Positions 1-6,469 of a DNA stretch of 24,251 nucleotides are shown piece after piece. The position numbers and the translations under genes are program-made. The stretch is from Pirellulaceae bacterium. Its GTDB lineage: Bacteria > Planctomycetota > Planctomycetia > Pirellulales > Pirellulaceae. The notes under the pieces were generated by a model. It saw only the letters and a list, made by a program, of their open reading frames with translations. It did not search any database and had not been told where the DNA came from. Numbering within the stretch: the first letter of the stretch is position 1; each line of letters opens with the position of its first letter. The stretch covers positions 1-24,251 of the forward strand of contig JAGFJK010000232.1 of assembly GCA_024102795.1 (NCBI GenBank), given 5' to 3'.

Positions 1-323
1 TGGCCGCGGGGATCGACGCCGACGAGGTGGTCAGTCCGACGTTTGTTCTTTGCCAGCAGTACGAGGGCCGGCGACGGCTGGTCCACCTGGACGCCTACCG
101 CCTGCGGGACGACGACGAGTTCCTGCAGCTTGGTCCGGAAGAATACTTCGAGTCGGACGCGATCACGCTGATCGAATGGGCCGACAAAGTGCGGGCCTGC
201 CTGCCGCGCGACTACCTGGAGATCGAACTCGAAGTCCTGGGCGAAACGGCTCGCCGATTCACGTTCCGCAGCCACGGCCCGCGCACCGCCGAGTTGCTGG
301 AGCTGCTGGCAAAGACATCCTGA
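1..323 (+). CDS. tsaE: tRNA threonylcarbamoyladenosine (t6A) biosynthesis protein TsaE, C-terminal part; the 5' end lies outside the window
   Basis: The frame is open from nt 3 and reads AAGIDADEVVSPTFVLCQQYEG...VHLDAYRL...EYF...ITLIEWADKV. The SPTF, H-x-D-x-YRL and IEW motifs are characteristic of the C-terminal half of TsaE/YjeE. The gene ends with a stop at 321-323. Confidence 0.72.
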   Translation, partial: AAGIDADEVVSPTFVLCQQYEGRRRLVHLDAYRLRDDDEFLQLGPEEYFESDAITLIEWADKVRACLPRDYLEIELEVLGETARRFTFRSHGPRTAELLELLAKTS

Positions 324-367
324 AACTCACAGCTTGCAGTAGAGCTGGAACAGGCCCCGATTCAGCT

Positions 368-730
368 TCAGCGCCGCCAGGTCGGCTTGCGGCGCCGCGC
401 CTTGGGATGGCGCGGTTCCGGCGTCTGCTCGACCTCGTCCAGACTGACTCCCGGCAGCTTGTCGATCAACTCCACCAGCCGCGCTCGCGGCTGCACGGCC
501 GCTGCCGACCGCTCGGACGGCTCGTCGTCCGGGTGTGGCCGGCGTCGAGCGAACTGCGGATCGGTGTCCACTTCCAGGTCGTACTTCACCGGTTGGCCCG
601 CCTGGATGTCGGGCACCGCCTGGCACGCGCCCAGCGAGGAAATGTGAAAGAACACATCCGGTCCGCGCTCCGGACGGATAAAGCCGTAGCCCTTCTGCGG
701 GAAATACCGAATCACAGTGCCATATTGCAT
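368..730 (-). CDS. Cold-shock domain (CspA-family) protein with a C-terminal basic extension of about 55 aa
   Basis: An ATG at 730 (revcomp of cat 728-730) starts MQYGTVIRYFPQKGYGFIRPERGPDVFFHISSL...GQPVKYDLE, a canonical cold-shock domain with RNP1-like KGYGFI and RNP2-like VFFH motifs. The rest of the 171-aa track ORF upstream of this Met is unlikely to be coding. The stop is at 368-370. Confidence 0.75.
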   Translation of the reverse strand: MQYGTVIRYFPQKGYGFIRPERGPDVFFHISSLGACQAVPDIQAGQPVKYDLEVDTDPQFARRRPHPDDEPSERSAAAVQPRARLVELIDKLPGVSLDEVEQTPEPRHPKARRRKPTWRR

Positions 731-734
731 ACGA

Positions 735-2114
735 CTACTGCTCCGCGGCCGCGCGGACACAGTACAACCGGTCGCCGCGGCGAAGGACCAACTGGTCTCC
801 AGCCGCCGCGACCGCGTACAGGACCGGTCCGCCAAAACCCATCGCATCCGGCCGGCCCGCCGTTCCTTCCGGCCGCTCGGCATCCCACAACCGGTTTTCG
901 CTCACCTTGGTAAACTCCGCGGCCGACTTCAAGACGCTGGTCGTGCCGTCGCGCCCGAACAGGTAAACGTGCGGACCGGCGGCCAGCGGCGTGGCCCAGA
1001 CGCTTCCCGCAGTTCGTTCGGCGTAGCGTTCCTCGCCGGTCGCCAGGTCCAGGCAATAAACCACTCCCGCGCGGCTCACAAAATACGCCAGGCCAGCGTG
1101 GGCCAGCGGTGATCCGAACGAACAGGTGGCCTTTTCCGCTCGCCAGACAAAACGGGCTCGAAATTGCCCGTCCTCGCCGCGCTCGATTTGAACCAGCCCG
1201 TTCGACTCCGCCGCCCCGCGGCCGCCCGCGTCGCCGCCCTCGCCCCGCCCCTCGGTCGCTCCGATCAGAAACCGTCCGTTGTCCACCGGGATCGGCGTGG
1301 GAGTGGAGTTGTTGGCAATCTGGTCGAACAGCCAGAGCCGCCGACCCGTGGCCGGGTCCACACCGGCCAGGCGACCGATGCCGCTCAGCACCAGGTGGTC
1401 GCCGCCAACCACCGGCACCACGCGAGGGCTGGCCCAGGAGGTCGCTCCCAATCCCTCGGCCTTCCACAACGTCTCGCCCGTTGCTTTGGCCACCGCCAGC
1501 AGGTACGGTTCGGTCTGCCTTTCGATCCAGACAAACACCTGCTTGTCGTCCTGTTCCAGCGACGCGGCCAGTCCGTGCCGGGAATCGATCGGGCCGTATT
1601 CCTTGACCAGGTCGCGCTGCCAGCGCAGCTGGCCGTCATGCGTCAAGGACAGCAAGTTGCCGCCCTCGAACAACACGTACAAGCCATCGGCATCCACCAC
1701 GGGGCTGGGCGCCGCCTTGCTGACATAGTTGTTGTTTTCGGCCTGCGACGCGGCAGCCTGGTCGTACTGCCAGAGCTTCTCGCCGCTGGCTAGCTCGAAC
1801 GCGGCGACGTGGCAGTTCTCTTTCATGCCGCCCGACACCGAAGTCACGAACACTCGTCCATCCCAGATCACCGGACTGGACTGGCCGTAGCCTGGCAGCG
1901 GTACCGACCAGGCGATATTCTGGGTCGGCGACCAGACCCGCGGCAGTTTTTCGCTCGCGCTGCGCTCCAGGCGCGGGGGCCCTTGAAAACCCGTCCAGTG
2001 CTCCGCCGCCCAGCAGGCTGCCGGCGGATGGCTTGCCGTCTGGCAAACCACCACCGCGACCGCCAGACCAACAGCGATCCGGCGGATCCGGCCCCAAGTT
2101 GAGGTGCGAGACAT
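735..2114 (-). CDS. Secreted PQQ-like beta-propeller repeat protein (BamB/PQQ-enzyme-repeat family)
   Basis: The 459-aa ORF has an N-terminal signal peptide (RIRRIAVGLAVAVVVCQTASHP). Repeated motifs spaced about 40 aa apart (G-LY/V-G-DG-LY-ALDA-TGE-LW) are typical of PQQ/WD-like beta-propellers. The gene ends 4 nt before the csp start and runs in the same direction. Confidence 0.8.
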   Translation of the reverse strand: MSRTSTWGRIRRIAVGLAVAVVVCQTASHPPAACWAAEHWTGFQGPPRLERSASEKLPRVWSPTQNIAWSVPLPGYGQSSPVIWDGRVFVTSVSGGMKENCHVAAFELASGEKLWQYDQAAASQAENNNYVSKAAPSPVVDADGLYVLFEGGNLLSLTHDGQLRWQRDLVKEYGPIDSRHGLAASLEQDDKQVFVWIERQTEPYLLAVAKATGETLWKAEGLGATSWASPRVVPVVGGDHLVLSGIGRLAGVDPATGRRLWLFDQIANNSTPTPIPVDNGRFLIGATEGRGEGGDAGGRGAAESNGLVQIERGEDGQFRARFVWRAEKATCSFGSPLAHAGLAYFVSRAGVVYCLDLATGEERYAERTAGSVWATPLAAGPHVYLFGRDGTTSVLKSAAEFTKVSENRLWDAERPEGTAGRPDAMGFGGPVLYAVAAAGDQLVLRRGDRLYCVRAAAEQ

Positions 2115-2252
2115 TGGATGTTCCTCGTGTCGGTCTTGACGGACGGTGTTCCTGGAATCTCGAGTCTGGCATTCAATGTAACCGGCAGCGCAGGCGAGGC
2201 AATGCCGGTAACCAGTTCCCGTCCTGGCGATGCGGGGTAAGTTCCTGCCCTC

Positions 2253-2290
2253 GCTACTTTCGCCATAGTCGCCTTTCGCTCCGCGAAAGT
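2253..2290. repeat. Short dispersed palindromic repeat, inverted copy (GCTACTTTCGC-CATAGTCGCCTTTCGCTCCGCGAAAGT)
   Basis: Its reverse complement, ACTTTCGCGGAGCGAAAGGCGACTATGGCGAAAGTAGC, matches the direct copy at 2361-2392 and the copy at 7997-8029. Both local copies are preceded by CTGCCCTCGCT, and the core carries an internal hairpin CTTTCGC-GGA-GCGAAAG. Confidence 0.7.
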
Positions 2291-2360
2291 TGCGGAATGC
2301 GCGAACCGGGCCCGCGAATCGCCAACAGCCGATCGTGAGACCCCAACCGCTGCCCTCGCT

Positions 2361-2411
2361 ACTTTCGCGGAGCGAAAGGCGACAATAGCGGAGCGGAAGG
2401 CAACACTGGCG
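2361..2411. repeat. Short dispersed palindromic repeat, direct copy plus a degenerate tandem half-copy
   Basis: ACTTTCGCGGAGCGAAAGGCGACAATAGCG is followed by a degenerate half-copy, GAGCGGAAGGCAACACTGGCG. It is nearly identical to 8000-8029. The repeat lies between the helicase stop (2413) and the PQQ-protein start (2114). Confidence 0.7.
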
Positions 2412-2412
2412 C

Positions 2413-4563
2413 TCAATACTCCCAGACTGTGTGGTAGGCCCCGATCAGCTCAAAGTACTCCAGCAACCGGTGGTAGAACGGATGCCCGGCAATCGTGGCG
2501 CTGTCCCCGACAACGATCAGCTTGCGGCGAGCGCGCGTCAAGGCGACGTTCATCCGCCGCGTGTCGGCCAGAAAGCCGATCTCGCCCGTGCTGTTGGAGC
2601 GGACCAGCGAAATGATGATCGCCTCCTTTTCACGACCCTGGAAACCGTCCACGCTGTCGACTTCCAGCCCGGCGTGCCGCAGTTGCTGCCGCAGCAGGCG
2701 GACCTGGGCCGCGTAGGGCGTGATCACGCCAAGCTGCGTGGCCGGCAGGCCGGCGGCCAGCAACTCCTCGGCCTGCCGCACGACGAACTCCGCCTCGCGC
2801 AGGTTCAAGCGGCTCTCGCCGTCCGCCTCCTGTTGTTCGTCATAACCCGCGCCCGCCGTATCGATAAAGTGTACTGGCGAGGTAGACAGTTCCGTGGCCT
2901 GCACGCCGGGCAAGCCCTGCCGCGGCCGTTCAACGCTGGCCAGCAGATGCTCTCGCACGCTGTCGTCCGCCACCAGGCTGCCTTCGTAGAATTCGTCTGA
3001 CGAAAACTCCATGATCTGCTGATGCATGCGGTATTGGCGGGTGAGCTGGCGTGCCAGCCGGGGTCCTTCGCGGTCCATCAACCGTTCCAGCAGGCTGACG
3101 CCGAACCCTTCGCGGGCGGCCGGCTGAGAGACCACGGTCGGCGGCAACTGGCAATGGTCGCCGGCCAGGATCAAGCGTTCGCAGCGCAGCAGCACGGTCC
3201 AGCAGCCAGGCTCCGTGGTCTGGCACGCTTCATCGACCACCGCCAGGTCGAATCTCCGCTGGCCGAGATGCCGGGAGTCGAGCCCGGTGGTGGTGGCGCA
3301 GATCACCGTGGCCTGGTCCAGGATCTGCTGGACGGCCTGGCGTTCCAGCCGGCGAGCGTCGTCGAGCAGCGTGCGGGCCTCGTCGCGCATTTCCCGCTTG
3401 GCTCCCGGCAGCGGTTTGGCCCGCGTGTACCGCGACGCGCGATCCCGCAAGCCGTCGGCCTGCCGGATCAGCTTCTGAGCAAGGCGCGCGTCGGGGTGCT
3501 TGTCCACCAGGTAATCCAGCGTGGCGTCGCGCAAGTGCGGCAGCACCCGGGCCGGATGCCCCAGGCGCACGGCGCGTTCCCCGTGGCTCAGCAGCCGTTC
3601 CAGCATGTTGTCCACACCCAGGTTACTGGGCGCGCAGGCCAGCACCTGTTCGCCGCGCAGCACGGCCTGGCGGATCAGTTCCACCACCGTCGTCGTCTTG
3701 CCGGTACCGGGCGGACCATGAATCAGCGCCGTGTCCACGGCCGACAACGCGAACCCGACCGCCTCGCGCTGCGGCTCATTCAACGACTGGTCCAAAATGG
3801 CCAGCGGAACCTTCAGCGGCTGGAAACGGAACTGGCCGCCCTCGACCAGCAACTGCCGCAACTCGGCCAGGCGGTCCCCGCGCGCCGCGGCCGCTCGCTG
3901 CAACGCCTCGCGCTGCCGGCGGCGAGCGACTTCGTCGAACGCCAGGTCCACTCGGAACGTGCTTTCGCCCAGCTCCTCCGGCTCCTGCTCGAACGCTACC
4001 TGCACTAGCTTGCCTTGCCGCCGGCTGATCACGCCCCGCCAGTTCGCGCGAGGCGTTTCGACTTCGGGTGACAGGACGACCGGCGAACCGGCGTCGAGTC
4101 GCGTCCAGGGCAGCTCCTCGCGGTCCTTGCGGACCAGCGTCACCAGCGTGCGGTTGCCCAGCCCCGCCTCGATGTCCTCGACCACCAGACGGATCAGCGT
4201 GGTCCCGGCCCGCTGCGCGTCCTCGCCGGACATCCGCTGCGTGGCCAGCAGCAACTGCTCGGCCTCCGCCTCGGCTTCCATGTCCAGCAGGCGAGCCAGT
4301 CGCTGAAAGTGGTCTTCGTCTCCCGGCTTCTTGGCGATCTGGTACCAGGCTCGGATATGGTAGTGGTCCAGTTGCGTGCCATCGAGCGCCCGCACCAGAT
4401 CGTCCAGCGACCGTTGCGGCACCTCGATCGTCGCCTCGCGGCCGTGAACCTCGATCGCTCCCAGCTTGGCCTTGGCAATGCCGCCGACCTGCACCAGCAG
4501 ACGGACCAGCGTCCCGCGCGTGGTGCGGGGCGGGAGCGAGCCAAGATGCAGGAGAGCGTTCAC
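2413..4563 (-). CDS. Superfamily-1 helicase of the Upf1/IGHMBP2/DNA2-like family with an N-terminal DbpA-like RNA-binding domain
   Basis: Over 716 aa the protein shows Walker A (GPPGTGKTTT), Walker B/motif II (VVDEACQ), LILAGDHCQLPPTV (motif III), and the C-terminal motifs VDGFQGREKEAIIIS and TRARRKLIVVG (motifs V/VI). The N-terminal 80 aa (GTLVRLLVQVGGIAKAKLGAIEVHGREATIEVPQ) resemble the DbpA RNA-binding fold. Confidence 0.85.
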   Translation of the reverse strand: MNALLHLGSLPPRTTRGTLVRLLVQVGGIAKAKLGAIEVHGREATIEVPQRSLDDLVRALDGTQLDHYHIRAWYQIAKKPGDEDHFQRLARLLDMEAEAEAEQLLLATQRMSGEDAQRAGTTLIRLVVEDIEAGLGNRTLVTLVRKDREELPWTRLDAGSPVVLSPEVETPRANWRGVISRRQGKLVQVAFEQEPEELGESTFRVDLAFDEVARRRQREALQRAAAARGDRLAELRQLLVEGGQFRFQPLKVPLAILDQSLNEPQREAVGFALSAVDTALIHGPPGTGKTTTVVELIRQAVLRGEQVLACAPSNLGVDNMLERLLSHGERAVRLGHPARVLPHLRDATLDYLVDKHPDARLAQKLIRQADGLRDRASRYTRAKPLPGAKREMRDEARTLLDDARRLERQAVQQILDQATVICATTTGLDSRHLGQRRFDLAVVDEACQTTEPGCWTVLLRCERLILAGDHCQLPPTVVSQPAAREGFGVSLLERLMDREGPRLARQLTRQYRMHQQIMEFSSDEFYEGSLVADDSVREHLLASVERPRQGLPGVQATELSTSPVHFIDTAGAGYDEQQEADGESRLNLREAEFVVRQAEELLAAGLPATQLGVITPYAAQVRLLRQQLRHAGLEVDSVDGFQGREKEAIIISLVRSNSTGEIGFLADTRRMNVALTRARRKLIVVGDSATIAGHPFYHRLLEYFELIGAYHTVWEY

Positions 4564-4601
4564 GCGGTGGGCCTTCGGATTGCCATGCGCCGGCCGCCAT
4601 G

Positions 4602-5411
4602 CTACCAGTGCATGACCTGGCCGCCATCGACGTTCAGAGTTTGACCCGTGATGTTACGCGCTCGCGGCGAAGCCAGGAAGACGGCCAGCGCCGCCACGTC
4701 CTCCGGGTCCTGCCAGCGGCCCAGTGGCGTCACGCGACGGATCTTCTCCTCGGCCCACTGCTGGTACGACTGCCGCCGCTCGGCCGGCTGCCGCTCGCTC
4801 CAGGCCTCCCACACCGACCGGTTCAGTTCGGTCCGGATCATGCCCGGACAGATCGTGTTCACTCGGACATCGTAGGCCGCCAGATCCTTGGCGGCACACT
4901 GAGCGAAATTGATCACGGCGGCCTTGGCCGCACTGTACGGCGGGTCGGTCTGCGAACCGATCTGGCCCGCGATCGAAGACAGCAGCAGCAGTGTGCCGCG
5001 CCGGGCTTCGATCCAGTGCGGCACGACGGCGTGCGTCACATGCACCGCTCCCAGCAGGTTCACTCGCCACACCCGGTCCCAGTCCGCGGGCTCCAGATTC
5101 CAGAACGGAAACCCATACTTGCCCGAACCGGCGCCCGCGGCGTAGACCGCGTGGGTGCAACCGCCCCACCGCCGCAGCACCTGGTCGATGACGCGTTGCA
5201 CCGCCGCGTAGTCGGTCGCGTCGGCTTCGATGCTGTAAACGTCTTCTGGGCTTTTGGCGCGCAGCGTTCGAGCCGATTCATGCACAGCCGGCCGGACATC
5301 GACCGCGGCCACTCGGCAGCCCTGCCCGGCAAACTCGTCGGCAATCGCTCGCCCGATCCCGCTGGCCGCTCCCACCACCAGCGCCACGTCGCCATCAAGT
5401 TGCAGATCCAT
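4602..5411 (-). CDS. Short-chain dehydrogenase/reductase (SDR) family oxidoreductase
   Basis: An ATG at 5411 starts MDLQLDGDVALVVGAASGIGRAIA, which carries the TGxxxGxG NAD(P)-binding motif. The catalytic YxxxK (YSAAK) and an NAG-like motif are present. The track ORF start at 5447 is a TTG 12 codons upstream and is the less likely start. Confidence 0.85.
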   Translation of the reverse strand: MDLQLDGDVALVVGAASGIGRAIADEFAGQGCRVAAVDVRPAVHESARTLRAKSPEDVYSIEADATDYAAVQRVIDQVLRRWGGCTHAVYAAGAGSGKYGFPFWNLEPADWDRVWRVNLLGAVHVTHAVVPHWIEARRGTLLLLSSIAGQIGSQTDPPYSAAKAAVINFAQCAAKDLAAYDVRVNTICPGMIRTELNRSVWEAWSERQPAERRQSYQQWAEEKIRRVTPLGRWQDPEDVAALAVFLASPRARNITGQTLNVDGGQVMHW

Positions 5412-5801
5412 GCCGACAAGTCCTTTGAAACCGGGAGCCTGGCGCAATTCAGTTTGCCTCAGACAGTTACTATATTCATCTTACCCACCAGCAACGGCGA
5501 GGTGGTGTTAGGGCCTGCCATACAATAAGTTTGCGAATCGTGGTCGTTGTGAAATTGCCAATGCTGGCTCTCGATCCGCAGGTGCCTCGGGTACCTCATC
5601 GACCACAATCTGTTCCGCATTCAAAGGCTCCACTTGATGTCCCTCGGGCTCCCTCCCCGGCTTCCGAGATCGTGCAGCCTTTAAGTTGAATTAAAGCAGT
5701 GGTTTACGGTGGGGCGCCACCGTTTGAGGTCGAAACGTTCAAAAATCCTCGCATTTCGACTTCTGGCGCTGTCTTTACGCCGCAGGCGTTAAACAACCCA
5801 G

Positions 5802-5833
5802 CCCAGGGTCGCCCGCTTCGGGCGCACCCTGGG
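5802..5833. other. Very stable GC-rich hairpin in an intergenic region (14-bp stem with a 1-nt bulge and a triloop)
   Basis: CCCAGGGT-CGCCCG-CTT-CGGGCG-C-ACCCTGGG. The outer 8 bp and inner 6 bp are perfectly complementary. No U-tract follows on either strand, so this is not a classic intrinsic terminator. Confidence 0.6.
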
Positions 5834-5924
5834 TACACGAAAGCCTTGAGGCCCCTTTACGCCGAAGGCGTTGCACAAGGCGCCTTGTGGAACATCGGCG
5901 GCGCGCGGGAGTTCTCGAAATCAT

Positions 5925-6010
5925 CGTCACGCCCAGTTTCACGGGCTGGAAGCCCATGCTACGTGTACGTCACGCCCAGAATCACGGGCTGGAAGCCCAT
6001 GCTACGTGCC
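5925..6010. repeat. 43-bp direct tandem repeat, 2 copies, each containing a hairpin
   Basis: Copy 1 at 5925-5967 is CGTCACGCCCAGTTTCACGGGCTGGAAGCCCATGCTACGTGTA and copy 2 at 5968-6010 is CGTCACGCCCAGAATCACGGGCTGGAAGCCCATGCTACGTGCC, about 93% identical. Each unit carries CACGGGCU-GGA-AGCCCAUG, an 8-bp stem with one G-U pair. Confidence 0.85.
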
Positions 6011-6077
6011 AAATCGACCCCAGAGGTCAATGGTCCTGTCGGCTGCGGAAGCCGTGAGCCCGCCGCCTCCATGCGCG

Positions 6078-6443
6078 TCACGGCGGCGTGCACAGTTCAA
6101 TGGTGTGCCCGTCCGGATCCTGCAGAAAGACCTGGTACGCGCCATCGGGACGAGTGCGGCGGGGCTGATAGGCCACTCCCAGTCGCTGCAAGTGCCGCTC
6201 CCAGGCATCCAGGTCGTCGACCATCAGGGCGTAGTGGTTTCCGCGACTGGCTGAAACAACCGGTTGCTGCCGGTCGCCAATCAGGTGCAGCTCCTGATCG
6301 CTGCCCAACTGAAACCAGGCGCCCGGAAAGCTGAACGCCGGCCGAGGCAGCTCGGCCAGTTGCAGCACCTCGCGGTAGAACTGACAACTGCGCGGGACGT
6401 CTTGCACGTGCAGGGCCACGTGGTTGAGTTGCAGAGTCTTCAT
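6078..6443 (-). CDS. VOC-family (glyoxalase/bleomycin-resistance/dioxygenase fold) protein
   Basis: The 121-aa ORF begins MKTLQLNHVALHVQDVPRSCQFYREVLQL, a typical VOC N-terminus with a metal-binding His. The C-terminal HxxE-like residues (DPDGHTIELC) are present. Confidence 0.8.
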   Translation of the reverse strand: MKTLQLNHVALHVQDVPRSCQFYREVLQLAELPRPAFSFPGAWFQLGSDQELHLIGDRQQPVVSASRGNHYALMVDDLDAWERHLQRLGVAYQPRRTRPDGAYQVFLQDPDGHTIELCTPP

Positions 6444-6469
6444 GGGTGAGTCGTTCCTCGATCGTTCCT

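Noticed and set aside
50-913. A 287-aa plus-strand ORF, with 327-626 and 387-647 ORFs also overlapping tsaE and csp
   Set aside because: These are Arg/Pro/Gly/Ala-rich low-complexity translations typical of out-of-frame or antisense reading of high-GC DNA. They overlap the well-supported TsaE and cold-shock ORFs.
1868-2416. A 182-aa minus-strand ORF spanning the repeat-containing intergenic region
   Set aside because: Its N-terminus ([32 protein letters not shown]) is a direct translation of the dispersed palindromic repeats, and the rest overlaps the PQQ-propeller gene out of frame.
5925-6010. Possible CRISPR array at 5925-6010, and again at 19557-19652
   Set aside because: Each has only two directly abutting repeat units with no spacers. 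No cas genes are in the window. They are better explained as tandem duplications of a hairpin-containing element.
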